DNA of 64,000 nucleotides. Source: Negaprion brevirostris (taxonomy: Eukaryota). The first letter of the stretch is position 1; every line of letters begins with the position of its first letter. The translations under genes and the position numbers were made by a program. Under the pieces are notes generated by a model. That model made no database searches. It was not told the origin of the DNA and saw nothing but the letters and a program-made list of their open reading frames with translations. Location: positions 40,748,804-40,812,803 of the forward strand of contig JARDVH010000031.1 in the NCBI GenBank assembly GCA_030324005.1, given 5' to 3'. Below, in pieces: positions 25,313 through 38,550 of this stretch.

Positions 25313-27444
25313 GGCAATTTATCTCTGGATATTTGCCTGATCCAGCATGAAAAAGGAATTCACAGTAGAGAAACTTCCTGCTCCGTCTCCCAGCGACATT
25401 TGCCTCTATCCCTTCCCACCAGTGATCCAATATTTATTGAAATGGAACCTATTTTATGCAGGTCCCATTCTATTTCCAAGGCATTCACCCAGATTCCCAC
25501 TGTCGTTACAGAAAGAACCCACCTCAATGGTTAGAGGAATCCAGCCCCATTGTTATCCCTTGCATAAAATATAATTAGAACATAACCAACATGTGGCTTC
25601 ACCTGCTGATATTGACTTGATAGATTGGAAGTTGGTTTATGCTTAGCCCCACATGTGGAAACATGATTTGCAAATCACTTTTAACCAGGTATAATTCTGT
25701 GATCCAAGGCAGGCAGCAGGATGGGGGAGTTGAGGGCAGTTTGCTTCCTGGAGGTGTGGGTTAGAGGAAGGGTTATAACACTATAGCCTCAATTCTCTGA
25801 CTCATACTTCTTGAAAATATGATTTATTGCTGGCAGTATGGGAGCAAAGAGCCTCTCTATATTTAAATACATGAAGCTGCTCCTCCTAGAACCTATTCAT
25901 GACTAGTTCCGTCACGGATTCTTGTTGAACAAAGATCATGTAAGATCATTCTACTTTATGTGAGAATCAACAAGATATATTAATGTCTCTATAACCTTCA
26001 ATAGATGTTCATTCAGTTACTTTTCAATTAGCCTACACTGAACCACTTTTTGTATGTTCAGTGGTGTGTGAAAAACAAATTCTTCTAATCTCAAATTTTA
26101 TTCAAGATTTGTGAACTATGTAATTGTACTTTCCAGCACGCGGCTCAGTGTTGAAGCCAAATATTGAATCATTGTTATAAAGACACAATATGTGTGCTTT
26201 CTGTCTGCATATGTGAATTTGCTGCCATGTTACTGTATGGAGATGGATTGACTGGATATCAATATTTAGGAAACCCACATGGTTATCCATTATTGAATTC
26301 TATTTAATTAGTTCTGAATAATGTATAAACAGTCACTTAACTCCTATAAATATTACTCGTATTTTTACGTTGATGGAGGAACAAAACTGATTGTGGTAGG
26401 AATTAATTTAAGCTTCCCATGGGCACAAAGTGGCTTCAATTTCAGCACTCATGCCCAATCACGTGGATGCAATTAAGGTCCCAAACTGGTGCAAAGGTCC
26501 CATTGAAACAGAATAGTTAGGTTGCTGGCACTACTCTTACTGCTCATTGGCAGTTTGCCTGATTGGGGGTGTGGTACCATTGGGATTCTCTTACCTGGAG
26601 GTCAGGTGGGGGGGTGGTTTTGGGGGGGTNNNNNNNNNNNNNNNNNNNNNNNNNNNNNNNNNNNNNNNNNNNNNNNNNNNNNNNNNNNNNNNNNNNNNNN
26701 NNNNNNNNNNNNNNNNNNNNNNNNNNNNNNNNNNNNNNNNNNNNNNNNNNNNNNNNNNNNNNNNNNNNNNNNNNNNNNNNNNNNNNNNNNNNNNNNNNNN
26801 NNNNNNNNNNNNNNNNNNNNNNNNNNNNNNNNNNNNNNNNNNNNNNNNNNNNNNNNNNNNNNNNNNNNNNNNNNNNNNNNNNNNNNNNNNNNNNNNNNNN
26901 NNNNNNNNNNNNNNNNNNNNNNNNNNNNNNNNNNNNNNNNNNNNNNNNNNNNNNNNNNNNNNNNNNNNNNNNNNNNNNNNNNNNNNNNNNNNNNNNNNNN
27001 NNNNNNNNNNNNNNNNNNNNNNNNNNNNNNNNNNNNNNNNNNNNNNNNNNNNNNNNNNNNNNNNNNNNNNNNNNNNNNNNNNNNNNNNNNNNNNNNNNNN
27101 NNNNNNNNNNNNNNNNNNNNNNNNNNNNNNNNNNNNNNNNNNNNNNNNNNNNNNNNNNNNNNNNNNNNNNNNNNNNNNNNNNNNNNNNNNNNNNNNNNNN
27201 NNNNNNNNNNNNNNNNNNNNNNNNNNNNNNNNNNNNNNNNNNNNNNNNNNNNNNNNNNNNNNNNNNNNNNNNNNNNNNNNNNNNNNNNNNNNNNNNNNNN
27301 NNNAAATTTCAGCTGTAACTGTGATTGAAAATTTCCCACAAAAGCAGAGAGAACAGAAGTTGCAAAAAGCTGTGTTTCTCAACCTGCTTGAATTACCACC
27401 AGCTCCACTAGAACCTGCAAATCCATTGGCAGAATAGTTGCACC

Positions 27445-27760
27445 TAACTTCCTTGAGAAAATGCAACATCCCCATAGACAATTGGGAATCCCTGGCCCAA
27501 TACCTCCCAAAATAGAGGGAAAGTATCAGGGGAGGAGCTGAACGCCACAAGTTTCATCGGCTAGGCGGAAGCTAAGCAGCAAAAGCAGCATGTGGCAACT
27601 CAGGCAACCCATCCCATTCTTCCAACCACTGTCACCCCCATTGTCTGTGACAGAGATAAAGGTCCAGCATTGGATACCTCAGTTACCTGAAAACTCATTT
27701 TTTGTGTGGAGAAAGTCACCCTCGACTCCGAGAGACTGCCTGAGAAGAAGATAATAATAG
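27445..27760 (+). mobile_element. RTE-clade LINE 3' end
   Basis: LRKCNIPIDNWESLAQ..PK*RESIRGGAE followed by a degenerate C-terminal zinc finger (CDRD..IG..SYLKTH) and a gaagaagataataa tail. Confidence 0.75.
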
Positions 27761-28949
27761 GGAAACCACCAAACAAGATATGCACCTAAAAGGCTCGTAC
27801 AAGCAAGATTTGTAGTTAACCATGATCAATGTANNNNNNNNNNNNNNNNNNNNNNNNNNNNNNNNNNNNNNNNNNNNNNNNNNNNNNNNNNNNNNNNNNN
27901 NNNNNNNNNNNNNNNNNNNNNNNNNNNNNNNNNNNNNNNNNNNNNNNNNNNNNNNNNNNNNNNNNNNNNNNNNNNNNNNNNNNNNNNNNNNNNNNNNNNN
28001 NNNNNNNNNNNNNNNNNNNNNNNNNNNNNNNNNNNNNNNNNNNNNNNNNNNNNNNNNNNNNNNNNNNNNNNNNNNNNNNNNNNNNNNNNNNNNNNNNNNN
28101 NNNNNNNNNNNNNNNNNNNNNNNNNNNNNNNNNNNNNNNNNNNNNNNNNNNNNNNNNNNNNNNNNNNNNNNNNNNNNNNNNNNNNNNNNNNNNNNNNNNN
28201 NNNNNNNNNNNNNNNNNNNNNNNNNNNNNNNNNNNNNNNNNNNNNNNNNNNNNNNNNNNNNNNNNNNNNNNNNNNNNNNNNNNNNNNNNNNNNNNNNNNN
28301 NNNNNNNNNNNNNNNNNNNNNNNNNNNNNNNNNNNNNNNNNNNNNNNNNNNNNNNNNNNNNNNNNNNNNNNNNNNNNNNNNNNNNNNNNNNNNNNNNNNN
28401 NNNNNNNNNNNNNNNNNNNNNNNNNNNNNNNNNNNNNNNNNNNNNNNNNNNNNNNNNNNNNNNNNNNNNNNNNNNNNNNNNNNNNNNNNNNNNNNNNNNN
28501 NNNNNNNNNNNNNNNNNNNNNNNNNNNNNNNNNNNNNNNNNNNNNNNNNNNNNNNNNNNNNNNNNNNNNNNNNNNNNNNNNNNNNNNNNNNNNNNNNNNN
28601 NNNNNNNNNNNNNNNNNNNNNNNNNNNNNNNNNNNNNNNNNNNNNNNNNNNNNNNNNNNNNNNNNNNNNNNNNNNNNNNNNNNNNNNNNNNNNNNNNNNN
28701 NNNNNNNNNNNNNNNNNNNNNNNNNNNNNNNNNNNNNNNNNNNTCAAGGCAATCACTATTACTACTGGCAGGAAACTGGGCGAAGACTTGCATGGTTGTG
28801 GTCTCAGATAAGTTGCATGTCGAGTGAACGGAAGTTCTTGTTGTGGAAGAGTGCTGGTCCTCAAGTGGGAATGTGCAGGGCTATGTGCTGATCTACACCA
28901 GGGAACCCAGGAGCAACTTCATGTGCTATTTAAAGAGATCTTGAACCCC

Positions 28950-29270
28950 ATAATAGAATCATCTATTAGTGCAGTAAAAGGCTTTTCAGCCTATTATNNN
29001 NNNNNNNCACCATTTGCACCTCTCCCAGTCTTGCAAGCTCTTCCATTTAAGATGCAATGTCCTCTGGAGTGCTTCAGTGGAACCAGCTTCCATCACACTC
29101 GCAGGCAGTGCATTCCAGCTTCTAACCATTCGCTGTGTAAAGAAGTTTTTCCTGATGCTGCCATTGCTTCTTTTGCCAATTACCTACAATTTGTGTCCAT
29201 TGTTTCTCCATCCTTGCAACAATGGAACAGTTTCTCCCTGCCTACTCTGTCCAGACCCCTTGTGATGTTG
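28950..29270 (-). mobile_element. CR1 (HER1-like) LINE 3' fragment
   Basis: atagaatc tail; gcaggcagtgcattccag...ccattcgctgtgtaaagaagttttt (reverse of FFTQRMVRSWNALP). Confidence 0.75.
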
Positions 29271-29419
29271 ATGCTTGTTTGTGGATATTTTTTGGAGAGA
29301 GATCCTAAGCTCGTGTAGGATTTGCTCTTTTAGGAACAAACATGCACTAGCTAAAACAATCTGAAAATTGTTCCTAAAGCACCCTATTTACCTATAAATA
29401 AACTAAGCAAGTGACCACA

Positions 29420-29905
29420 ATACACAAGCAGGAAATGCTGGTAATGCTGTTCCTCAGAGAGAGCTAGAAATATGATGGGTTTTATGGTGTTGAAAGGAGG
29501 GATGGGTTGGAGATCAGGGCAGAATGAAAGACAAAGATGTCATGGCCACATGACAAAGGGAGGGGTAATGATAGTGTTAAAGACTAAAACAGGTGTTAAT
29601 AGCAGCATTAAGGAAGAAAGATAGCAGAATATATTAATAGCAGAAAAAAAGGGTCAGTGATCCCTGAAGGCATAAGAACAATATATAGACTGGCAGAGGA
29701 GGGGTCCATAACATCTTTGTCATTTAACCATTAACCACTCCCTGATCAACAGCATGAAACCCATCACGTTTCTACACCTCAAACTCTGAAAAAGAATCAT
29801 TTTGGATTTGAGACGTTAACTGTTTCTCTCACCACAGATGCTGCCAAACCCTTTTCCAGCATTTTCTGATTTTATTTCAGGTTTCCAGCATCTGTAGCAT
29901 TTTGA
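29420..29905. mobile_element. Penelope-like element relic with inverted arrangement and degenerate hammerhead at 29784-29820
   Basis: acaaagatgtcatgg (about 29530) mirrored by ccataacatctttgt (29706); terminal ccacagatgctgccaaacc...ccagcattttctg. Confidence 0.6.
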
Positions 29906-30339
29906 CTTTTCTTAAGAGATTTAGTGTGATAGAGTTCAGACTACTGGTTGGCTGAAATAACTATGGTAATAGTGGGATTTTCCACTTTGTTTCACAGTAA
30001 GGAAAAGCATTATATACTTTAAGAAGTTAGATTTAATCATCTATCATGATTTTAGCTCATTTAGAGTCTGAAATAGTTAAATGTTTATTTCAAGAGAAGT
30101 CAAAATGGGACAGTGGACCCAAGATTTAGATGCAATGGGTGCTGTTTTGGTACCAAATTGGTATCTACATCATACACTCACTTCCAGCACAATCCATGCC
30201 AAATAGCATCTTAGCATCTGAATGAGTGTATTGGTGTGAGTTTGGCCAGTAGCAGCATGTGCCAGGGGTATGCAGGATAGGCTGGCTAGGCACAGAAACA
30301 CTGAATAGACTCCAATGCAGCCACTTTTAACCTATAACG

Positions 30340-33300
30340 ATGGGACTGTTTTTGTTGTTTACCCCGTGGTCTCATTTCTGTCATTCACATGGTTGGGGGC
30401 GGAGGAGGGAACATATACCAAGTGGCTGAATGTCTCTTCCTTGTAGAACGTTGAAGGGTCACTGTAGGGGGTATGTCCTTGGTGGTGATCTCAGACTGTG
30501 ACTCCATCAGCTCCATCTCAATTTCTGCGGATGAATCCTCATAGGGTTCTCTTGGGCTTCCTGTGGATGGAATTTCTCATCTGCAGTCCATTGTATAAGG
30601 TCATGCATATGTGCCTCAATCCATTTTTGTCCATGGAGGTTTGAAACTACCCGCTGGTAAATGGGTCCTGTTGTCTATTACAAGCACTTCAGATATACCA
30701 TATGTGCAGAAAGATTGCCGGATTTTTTTTATGTTGTAGTAAGACGTAGTAGATGACATTCAGTGCACATTGATCCATTTGAATGGGCATCAATCAGAAT
30801 TAAGAACGGAGACCCCATAAGTGGCTCTGCAAATTCTGCATGTATTCACATCCAGGGTCTCCCCAACCATTCCCAGGGGTGCAATGAGGCTGCTAATGGG
30901 ACCTTCTGGTTTTCCTGGCAGGTTTTTCACCATTTGACCAGGTTTTCATTGCCCTTGTCTGTACCAGGCTACCAGACGTAACTTCTTGCAAGCATTTTCA
31001 TTTTGGAAATCCCTGGGTAGCCATTATGCAGTTTGTGAAATATTGGTCACTGGCCTGGACGCGGGACAGCCACCGGACTCCCCCAAGGTGACACCATCCT
31101 CAATGTTCAGCTCTGGATATTTGGAAGTATAAGGTTTTAGTTCCTCTGTAGGATGCATTTGTGGTCCACCACTTCGGCCAATGTGATGTAGCTTTGTCAA
31201 CATGGGCTCCTTTTGAGTGCAAGCCTGAATTTGCTTGGCGGATACTGGCAGGGTGTCTATGAAGTCCAAAATCATGAAGACTTCAGCCATCTTCATAGGT
31301 GAGGATAGGCTGGTAGGTAACAGCAGGCGGCTCAAGGCATCGCATTGACTATCTGTCTCCCTGGACNNNNNNNNNNNTCTAGGGTATAATAATCATAGAC
31401 AACTAACAGCAGTGCCCAGTGTTGGATCCAAGCTGATGCTATGGGGGGAAATTGCCTTGCTGTCTGCTAAGAGGTCCAACAGAGGTTTGTCCTAACTTGT
31501 CAATGATGTGACATGAGATCAGCCAAGGTCTGTTGGGATGGTGTTGGTCTCAGAATGTGTTTGTAATTGTATGCCAGATTATCTGACTGTTCCTGCCAGC
31601 CAGATCTCCCATCCAACAAATGACACCCGCCCCCTTGCCACACCCTTGCCATCATTGATATCCCAGCATCAGAGGGTACGAACAATAGGAAACCTCTGGC
31701 AGGACCATGGTGAAATACCAGCCATACATATTGGTGGAATTTTTTTGCCACAAGCACCACCTTTCTCACTCTGTTCTACATCCACCAGGATTTGTGAAGC
31801 ACACGCAATTGAATGTTCTGGCCCATCATCCCAATGGCAGGACAATACCACTCCAATCCCATAGTGAGAGGGGTCACAGGTTACGATGAGTGGTCTCAGT
31901 GGATTGTAATGGGCCAATATGTTTGTCAACACCTATTGATTTTTGACACTTGTAAAGGTTTTCTCCTGTGGCTTTTACCATGACCATTTTCTTTTTAGCA
32001 GAACATGGTGAGGTAGCACCTGGGTCACCAGGTTCAGTATGAATTTCCCCTAGTAGTTGATGAGATCCAGGAAAGACTTTAACTCTATTGTGTTCCTTGG
32101 AGTCAGAGCACCTTTTATGGCCTTCAACTTCTCCTCAACAGAGTGTAGTCCATCTTTGTCAATTCTGTACTCAAAATATATTATTTCATTTAACTGGAAC
32201 TCACGTCTTTCCCTTTTTAGCCTAACACCAGCCTCAGAGAAATGCCATAAAACCTCCTCCAAACTCTCCAAATGTTCCTTTGCAGTAGCTCCTGAGATTA
32301 AAATGACATCCAGGTAAATTGCAACTCTGGGCCGCCTTTGAATGATGTTCTCCATCACCCTTTGGAAAATGGTGCAAGCCAAAGACAGCCCATAAGGCAG
32401 GGGGAGTGTTCTCTTACATTCCTTTGTGAGATTTGTAATGACAGATTTCCTGGATGACTCCTCAAGCTCCAGTTGGAGGTAGGCATGCCTCACGTCCAAT
32501 TTGGAAAATATATGAGTCTCCCAGCTAGTTTTGCATACAAGTCTTGTGTGCATGGCATACGGTATCTGTCTAAGCAGAAAGCTCTGTTGATCATCAACTT
32601 CTCATCCCCACAGAGATGGACTGAACTATCGGGTTTTAAAACCAGGACTACCGGTGTGGCCTATTAGGCAAATTGTACTGGGCATAAAATGCCAAGTTCC
32701 CCAAGATGTACCAGTTTGGTCTCTACTTTGTCATATAGGGCATAGGGTACTGATTGTGCCTTGAAGTAATTAGGTTGGTCTTCTCTTTCTACATAAATCT
32801 TCACCTGGCACCTTTAATCTTCCCGAGGCCTTCTTGGAACACCTCGGGGTACTTTCCCATGACTTTGTATACTTTGCCAACCCAGACGGATTTTCTGTAG
32901 CTAGTCCCTTCCCATGGGCTGGGCCCTGTTCTGTGCACTACTTTTAGAGGGAGTCGGATTGTCTGTTACTCATGTGTAACTGGGGTTAGTAGTCCAATAA
33001 TGCTTAAGGGGTCTTGAATACACGTAGCCAATCTAGCCTTGGTGTCCCACAGGCTTAAAGGCAAAATGCCCAGTAACAGTCCCCTAAAGATGTGCTTCTC
33101 AATGATAGATACTGTAGAACCTATGTTTACTTTCCTGTGTAGGGGTGGCCATTTACCTGGAGTTGAATCTGGGTTGGGGCCTCTTTGGGTGCAGAGATGC
33201 AATTTAGCTGCATCAATTCCTCATCCTCAGGCTGATTTAGCTGCAAAGCCCTGTGCTGAGGTAGCTTCACCCTTTAGCCTGGGCGATACATGTTTTCCTG

Positions 33301-34262
33301 TTTCAGCAGCCTTATCTGGAGCAGACCCTATGACTGCAACTATAGCATGGATGTGCTCACTCCATACAAAAAAAACCTTTTGTCCAGTTTCGGAATCTCG
33401 CAGCTTCCTTTTCCAGTCAGCCTTTCCTGGCAACGTGAGTTGGGAGATGTGAGTGTTATCTGTTGGGGACTTGGTTCTGTGGTCTGGAGGTTGTCCAAGG
33501 CTGTGGATGTACTGTCTATAGATCCCTGAAGTTCCTGGGTCCCTTTGTCTATGTTTTCATGACTAAGATCCAGTTCTACAACTTTCTCCGGTCCAGATTC
33601 GGCTCAGTCAGTAGTTTCCTTTGGATCGCTATATCATTTATTCCACAGACCAAGTGGTCCCGTACTCAGTGTTCTGCCAGTTCTCGCAGTCTTATCAAGA
33701 ATTCTGTAACTGGCTCCGCAGAAAGTATTTGCTGTGTTAAACCTGTAGCACTGCAATATCACTGATGGTTTGGGGTTGTAGTGGCTTGTTACCAAATCTA
33801 CCAGTTAATTAAAGGATTTTGAACCTGGGGTTGCTGAGTAGGGTAAACTATTTGTGATGCTGAAATTCGGGGCTCCACAAGCAGTCAGGAGGATGACATT
33901 TTGCAGGTCGGCCCCTTCTATCCCATTTGCCTGGAACAAATATCACATTCTTTTGACATACTGGGGCCAATCCACATCATAGGTTTCCCAAACAGTTGCA
34001 TTTTCAAATTCCCCCCATTACCATCTTACCAGGTTCTTTGAAAAGCAAGGTTGTCCGACACTTTTCCTATTCCTCATCACCAATGTAATAACTCAGGAAG
34101 CCTGAATGGAAAGGAACGGTATTTATTGTTAAACACAAAATAAACCCACTACTCAATGGCACACATAAGTCCCAATCGGATAATAGTTCTGCAGACTCTT
34201 CCCAGTGTCTGCCTTATAAAGAGCTCAGGTGGTGAGTTCCAATTGGGCAGGCTGCTGCCTGT
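30340..34262 (-). mobile_element. Decayed Gypsy LTR retrotransposon; 5' LTR from about 34085 into the gap
   Basis: RT (FSKLDVRHAYLQLEL, IYLDVILISG), RNase H (TCDPSHYGIGVVLS), integrase; PBS-like cctcatcacca at 34072-34082 (TGGCGACGAGG type). Confidence 0.9.
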
Positions 34263-34362
34263 NNNNNNNNNNNNNNNNNNNNNNNNNNNNNNNNNNNNNN
34301 NNNNNNNNNNNNNNNNNNNNNNNNNNNNNNNNNNNNNNNNNNNNNNNNNNNNNNNNNNNNNN

Positions 34363-34715
34363 GTATGGCTATACTGAGCATGAAGGGTGGCATATGAGGC
34401 AGGATATGGGGAGGGCATGACGTGGACAGAGCGCAAAGGGGGGGGCAAGAAGAGATCACATGAAGGGAAGCATGAATGGAGAGCAAGAAGAAGATCAGGC
34501 CAATGACCTATGTTGGGGGAGGTGGGGGACTGGTGGTTAACATGCCTTCAATGGGGTGGGCTGAGTTCCGATGTCCGGGGAGGAGAGGCTGGTCTTCAAG
34601 TTCACTTTGAGATCGGGGTACAATTTAAAAACAGTGGCCCATTGCTGTGAAGCCTGGCTTGCCAGCATGAATCGCACTGGTTTTCTCACCCGAAATGACA
34701 GTGGGAATATTCGGC
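34363..34715. mobile_element. GC-rich non-autonomous DNA transposon relic (Harbinger-like)
   Basis: G-rich gggtggcat..gagg repeats and a gggaatattcggc terminus typical of the MITE families in this window. Confidence 0.4.
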
Positions 34716-35017
34716 AGGCTATCATCTTCTTATCATGTCAATACTGTTTGCTGTGTGATTGTGGCTTCCCATTGTGCACCTTTATACAGTAAATTTCAAA
34801 AAGGCTCCATGGTCTCTGGCGTACTGAGGAATGAATTTGTACTAAAAGTTGGCAGTGCTGAGGAATGATGCAAACTTTCTCATGTCAGCTGGGGGTGGGA
34901 GCATTTGAAAGGTTTTGATATTGTGTGTAGACCTTACTTCTGTTGTCACTCTGTATTAGAAAGTCAATCTTGGGTGCTGTGAATGCAAATTTGTTTTTGT
35001 TGAACATAAAATTGTGG

Positions 35018-35940
35018 AAGACAATTCTCTCAGGCCATTGCGCTGCTGTAGCAAACTTAAGCAGAGATCAATTAGCAGGCTTCCCATTGGGTGCCATAGC
35101 CTCCACACCTCTCCGTCCACCGAATTTAAAGGTTTTTAAATGATTTAAATGTTCCTGATTTAAATGTAATTAGCAGGCTTGGGACTGGAATCTCCAGGTT
35201 GCTAGCATCTCCACCAGGGCCAGGAGTGTTTCACTCCTGTGAGGTTTACAACATTTCCTCACTAGTAGGGAGCTGGCAGCCTGATGCCACTGAAGTGAAG
35301 GAGGCCATGAAGGCCCCCCTGGAGGTTGGAGAAAAGAGGGGATGCCCCCTGTGCATTGTCAGCTTGGCAGTACCTGCCTGGCCCCTGGCACTACAAATTG
35401 GCAAGGTACCCTGGGGGTACTTTGGGCAGTGCCAAGGGGGCAGGGCGTCTGGAGGGGAGATCTGCCACTCTACAGTTGGGATCATAGGCAGAGGGAGGGA
35501 GGCCAGTGATCAGGGCTGGCCATCAGGGCTGGGTGCAGGGGGTGTCAGGGCTGCAGGGAGGGGGTTGAGACTGCATGGAGGTGGTGAGGGCTGCCTGTGG
35601 GGTGTAGGGGATCAAGGCAGTCCGGGGAAGAGGGGCTGGGGCTGGCCCAAACACCTGCAGGAGGCCAACAACTGGGGGTTGTGGGGGACGCACAGCCAGT
35701 GATGCGGTGTCGTGGGGCTGGCCAGCAATCAGGACAGATAGGCGCATGCTCAGTGGCCCGCTCAGTGCAATGCTACTGGCTTCTTCAGTGGCAATAGGCC
35801 CCGTCCACTCATCCTCAGTGTGATTCAAGCTATGGCACTGCGATGTAGAGTGCGGGAGATTCATTTTGAAAATCCCGCTGAAATAAAAGCAGGATTTACT
35901 CCAGTTTTTACACAAATTCGGCACTTAGAATTTTTTTTTC
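35018..35940. mobile_element. GC-rich non-autonomous Harbinger-like element
   Basis: Abrupt GC rise; ttggcagtgcc-type subrepeats; ends gacaattctc and ggcacttagaattttttt. Confidence 0.5.
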
Positions 35941-36281
35941 ATGTTGTATGGATCAAATCAACACCTGTGAAAATCACCCACCATGTTCTGTTTTGTCCCT
36001 TCCATCGACAAGAACATCGCTGCATAGAGCATTCCCTTAACATCTGACAAGACCAAAGAAATGATCTTCTAGAATGCGCTTGGCTGTTCCGTGGCACTTC
36101 ATGAGTAACAAAAGCTGTAAGATATCTGCTTCACTCTGCTTCTGATATCTGAAGATAACTCTGTCACATCTCAAGCTTTGTGAAGATTATGTTGTCATGA
36201 AATGATGCTGACTGTTCTTTAGTTGTAGGAAGGAGCTACTTGCCTGTAATAATTGCCTTGTTTTATTAATTTTCTTTATTT

Positions 36282-37030
36282 TTGATTTGATTTATTAATG
36301 TCACATGTATTAGTATACAGTGAAAAGTATTGTTTTTTTGCATGCTATACAGACAAAGCATACCGTTCATGGAGAAGGAAAGTAGAGAGTGCAAAATGTA
36401 GTGTTACAGTCATAGCTAGGGTGTAGAGAAAGATCAACTTTGTATGAGTTAGGCCCGTTCCCTGAAGGCAGCAGGAAGAAGCTGTTTTTGAGTCAGTTGG
36501 TACGTGACCTCAGACTTTTGCATCTTCTTCCCGACAAAGGTGGAAGAGAGGATGTCTGGGGTGCATGGGGTCCTTAATTATGCTGGCTGCTTTTCCAAGG
36601 CAGTGGGCAGTGTAGACAGAGTCAATGGATGGAAGGCTGGCTTGCACGATGGATTGGCTATATTCACGATCTTTTGTAGTTCCTTGCAGTCTTGGACAGA
36701 GCAGAAGCCATACCAAGCTCTGATACAACCAGAAAGAATGCTTTCTGTGGTGCATCTGTAAAAGTTGGTGAGAATCATAGCTGACATGTCAAATTTCCTT
36801 AGTCTTCTGAGAAAGTAGAGGCATTGGTGGACTTTCTTAACTATAGTGTTGGCATGGGGAGACCAGGACAGATTGTTGGTGATCTGGACACTTAAAAACG
36901 TTGAAGCTCTCGACCATTTCGACTTCATCCCTGTTGATGTAAACAGGGGCATGTTCTCCTTTACGCTTTCTGAAGTCGAAGACAATCTCCTTCGTTTTGT
37001 TGACATTGAGGGAGAGACTATTGCCTATTG
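36282..37030 (-). mobile_element. Rex1/Babar-type LINE 3' portion
   Basis: LSLNVNKTKEIVFDFRK and QCLYFLRRLRKF..LTNFYRCTTESILSGCI.AWYG; (aatca)n tail; second copy at 58440-58705. Confidence 0.85.
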
Positions 37031-37169
37031 ACCAATTCAAGGTCAATGCTCATCTAAATTTGTTACTTTTGTATTACACAATAGCTGTGTTCAATATCTG
37101 TGACGATGAGTTGATTTGTTCAATGATATCATCTGCTTCAGGTTATTTTCAGTTCCTGTGACACTTTGA

Positions 37170-37432
37170 AAAGTAAAAGTTTAGTTAGTAGTCACATAAC
37201 ATGGCTTACATAACACCGCAATGAATTTACTGTGAAATTCCCCTATTCGCCACAGTCCGGGACTGTTTGGGTCAATGCACCTAATCCGCGCATCTTTGGA
37301 CTGTGGGAGGAAACTGGAGCACCCGGACAAACCCACACAGAGAATGTGCAAACTCCACACAGACAGCGGCCCAAGCCGGGAATTGAACCCAGGTCCCTGG
37401 CAGCAGTGCTAACCACTGTGCCACTGTGCCAC
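37170..37432 (-). mobile_element. HE1-related SINE
   Basis: catctttggactgtgggaggaaactggagcacccgga...gtgctaaccactgtgccac. Confidence 0.85.
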
Positions 37433-37439
37433 ATAGATT

Positions 37440-38405
37440 GCAAATGACAACAATGTCAAATTTTGCAAAACTGATGGAATTGATGTGTTAATGCAAGGAG
37501 AAGACAGTACCTCTTAATCGCACTAAATCAGTAAATAAGAAAGGTTGCCAGCATGTGTAACCTGCGTCATTGACCACATTGACGAATGTTGCACTGGGAT
37601 CTTGTTTGACTCTTATAAGCCGATTGAAAAGGCTTCCCCAATAGAGCCCCTGCTTTCAGCTTCATTGAGCATGGACCTGTCCAGAATGATGTTTTTATAG
37701 CACTCTGAAGCTATGATTGTTTCCAAAACCAGAATAATTGGGTTGTCATAGCTTTGAAGATTGTCTGATGCAGGAGTGAGTGAAAATTGCAAAAAATACT
37801 GATGATAGAGTTTGTCAATCAATATTTTCGCACCAACATCAATGAGAAGTGACACCGAGGTGCTTGCAATTGTGATGGAGCAATCTTTAAAATGATCTGG
37901 TGCTTTGTCATCCATGCATCTCGCTCTTAGAAAGTGATTCCTACACCAGTGAAGTTTTCTTTTTTGACCTCCGGTTTTGCAAAGTGTTTCCACTTTAACA
38001 TGAGTTACACATTTTCTACCAAGCTGGATGTGACAGTGTGAATAGGGGAACACCTCTACAATTTGAGCCCCATTCTGAAGGTGTGTGACTGTGATGGAAC
38101 ACGTGTTGTTGAGATTGTTGATGCCTCTATGTCCATAATCCTTGTGTGTGATCTGGTTGAGCAAGTTGTGTCTACAACCCTATGTCTGCTGTGCCTGGAA
38201 GTATTTCTGTGTAATCTTTTTGAGCCAAACATGGCAGATTTGATTTGGACTGCCAAGCTTGTGGCTTTTTCCAAGGTTAAGTCACCATTCTCGATGAGAA
38301 GATGTTTCCTAATTTTAGAATTGAAGTCTTTTCAATTAATTGGTCACAAATTAGTTTGTTAGTCTTCCAATTGCACATGTTGAAACGATTGACGTAGCGC
38401 TGCTA
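37440..38405 (-). mobile_element. Gypsy gag-protease fragment
   Basis: LTLEKATSLAVQIKSA (gag) and VSLLIDVGAK (protease DTG-like motif). Confidence 0.7.
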
Positions 38406-38411
38406 CATATT

Positions 38412-38550
38412 TGGGCTGGCATGGTGACACAGTGGTTAGCACCGTGTTGGATTCTGGCCTTGGGTCACTGTCTGTGTGGAGTTTACACATTCTCCCGTGT
38501 CTGCAAGGGTTTCCTCCGGGTGCTCTGTTTTCCTCCCATAGTCCAAAGTG
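38412..38550 (+). mobile_element. HE1-type SINE 5' half
   Basis: ggcatggtgacacagtggttagcac...gtctgtgtggagtttacacattctccc. Confidence 0.8.

Noticed and set aside
26138-26181. Possible last exon xRGSVLKPNIESLL-stop after tactttccag
   Set aside because: Short, unrecognised and without partner evidence; expected by chance
26522-28864. Long ORFs of 245-382 aa in the ORF track
   Set aside because: They consist almost entirely of X from N gaps; the same applies at 23.6-24.0 kb and 61.7-62.2 kb
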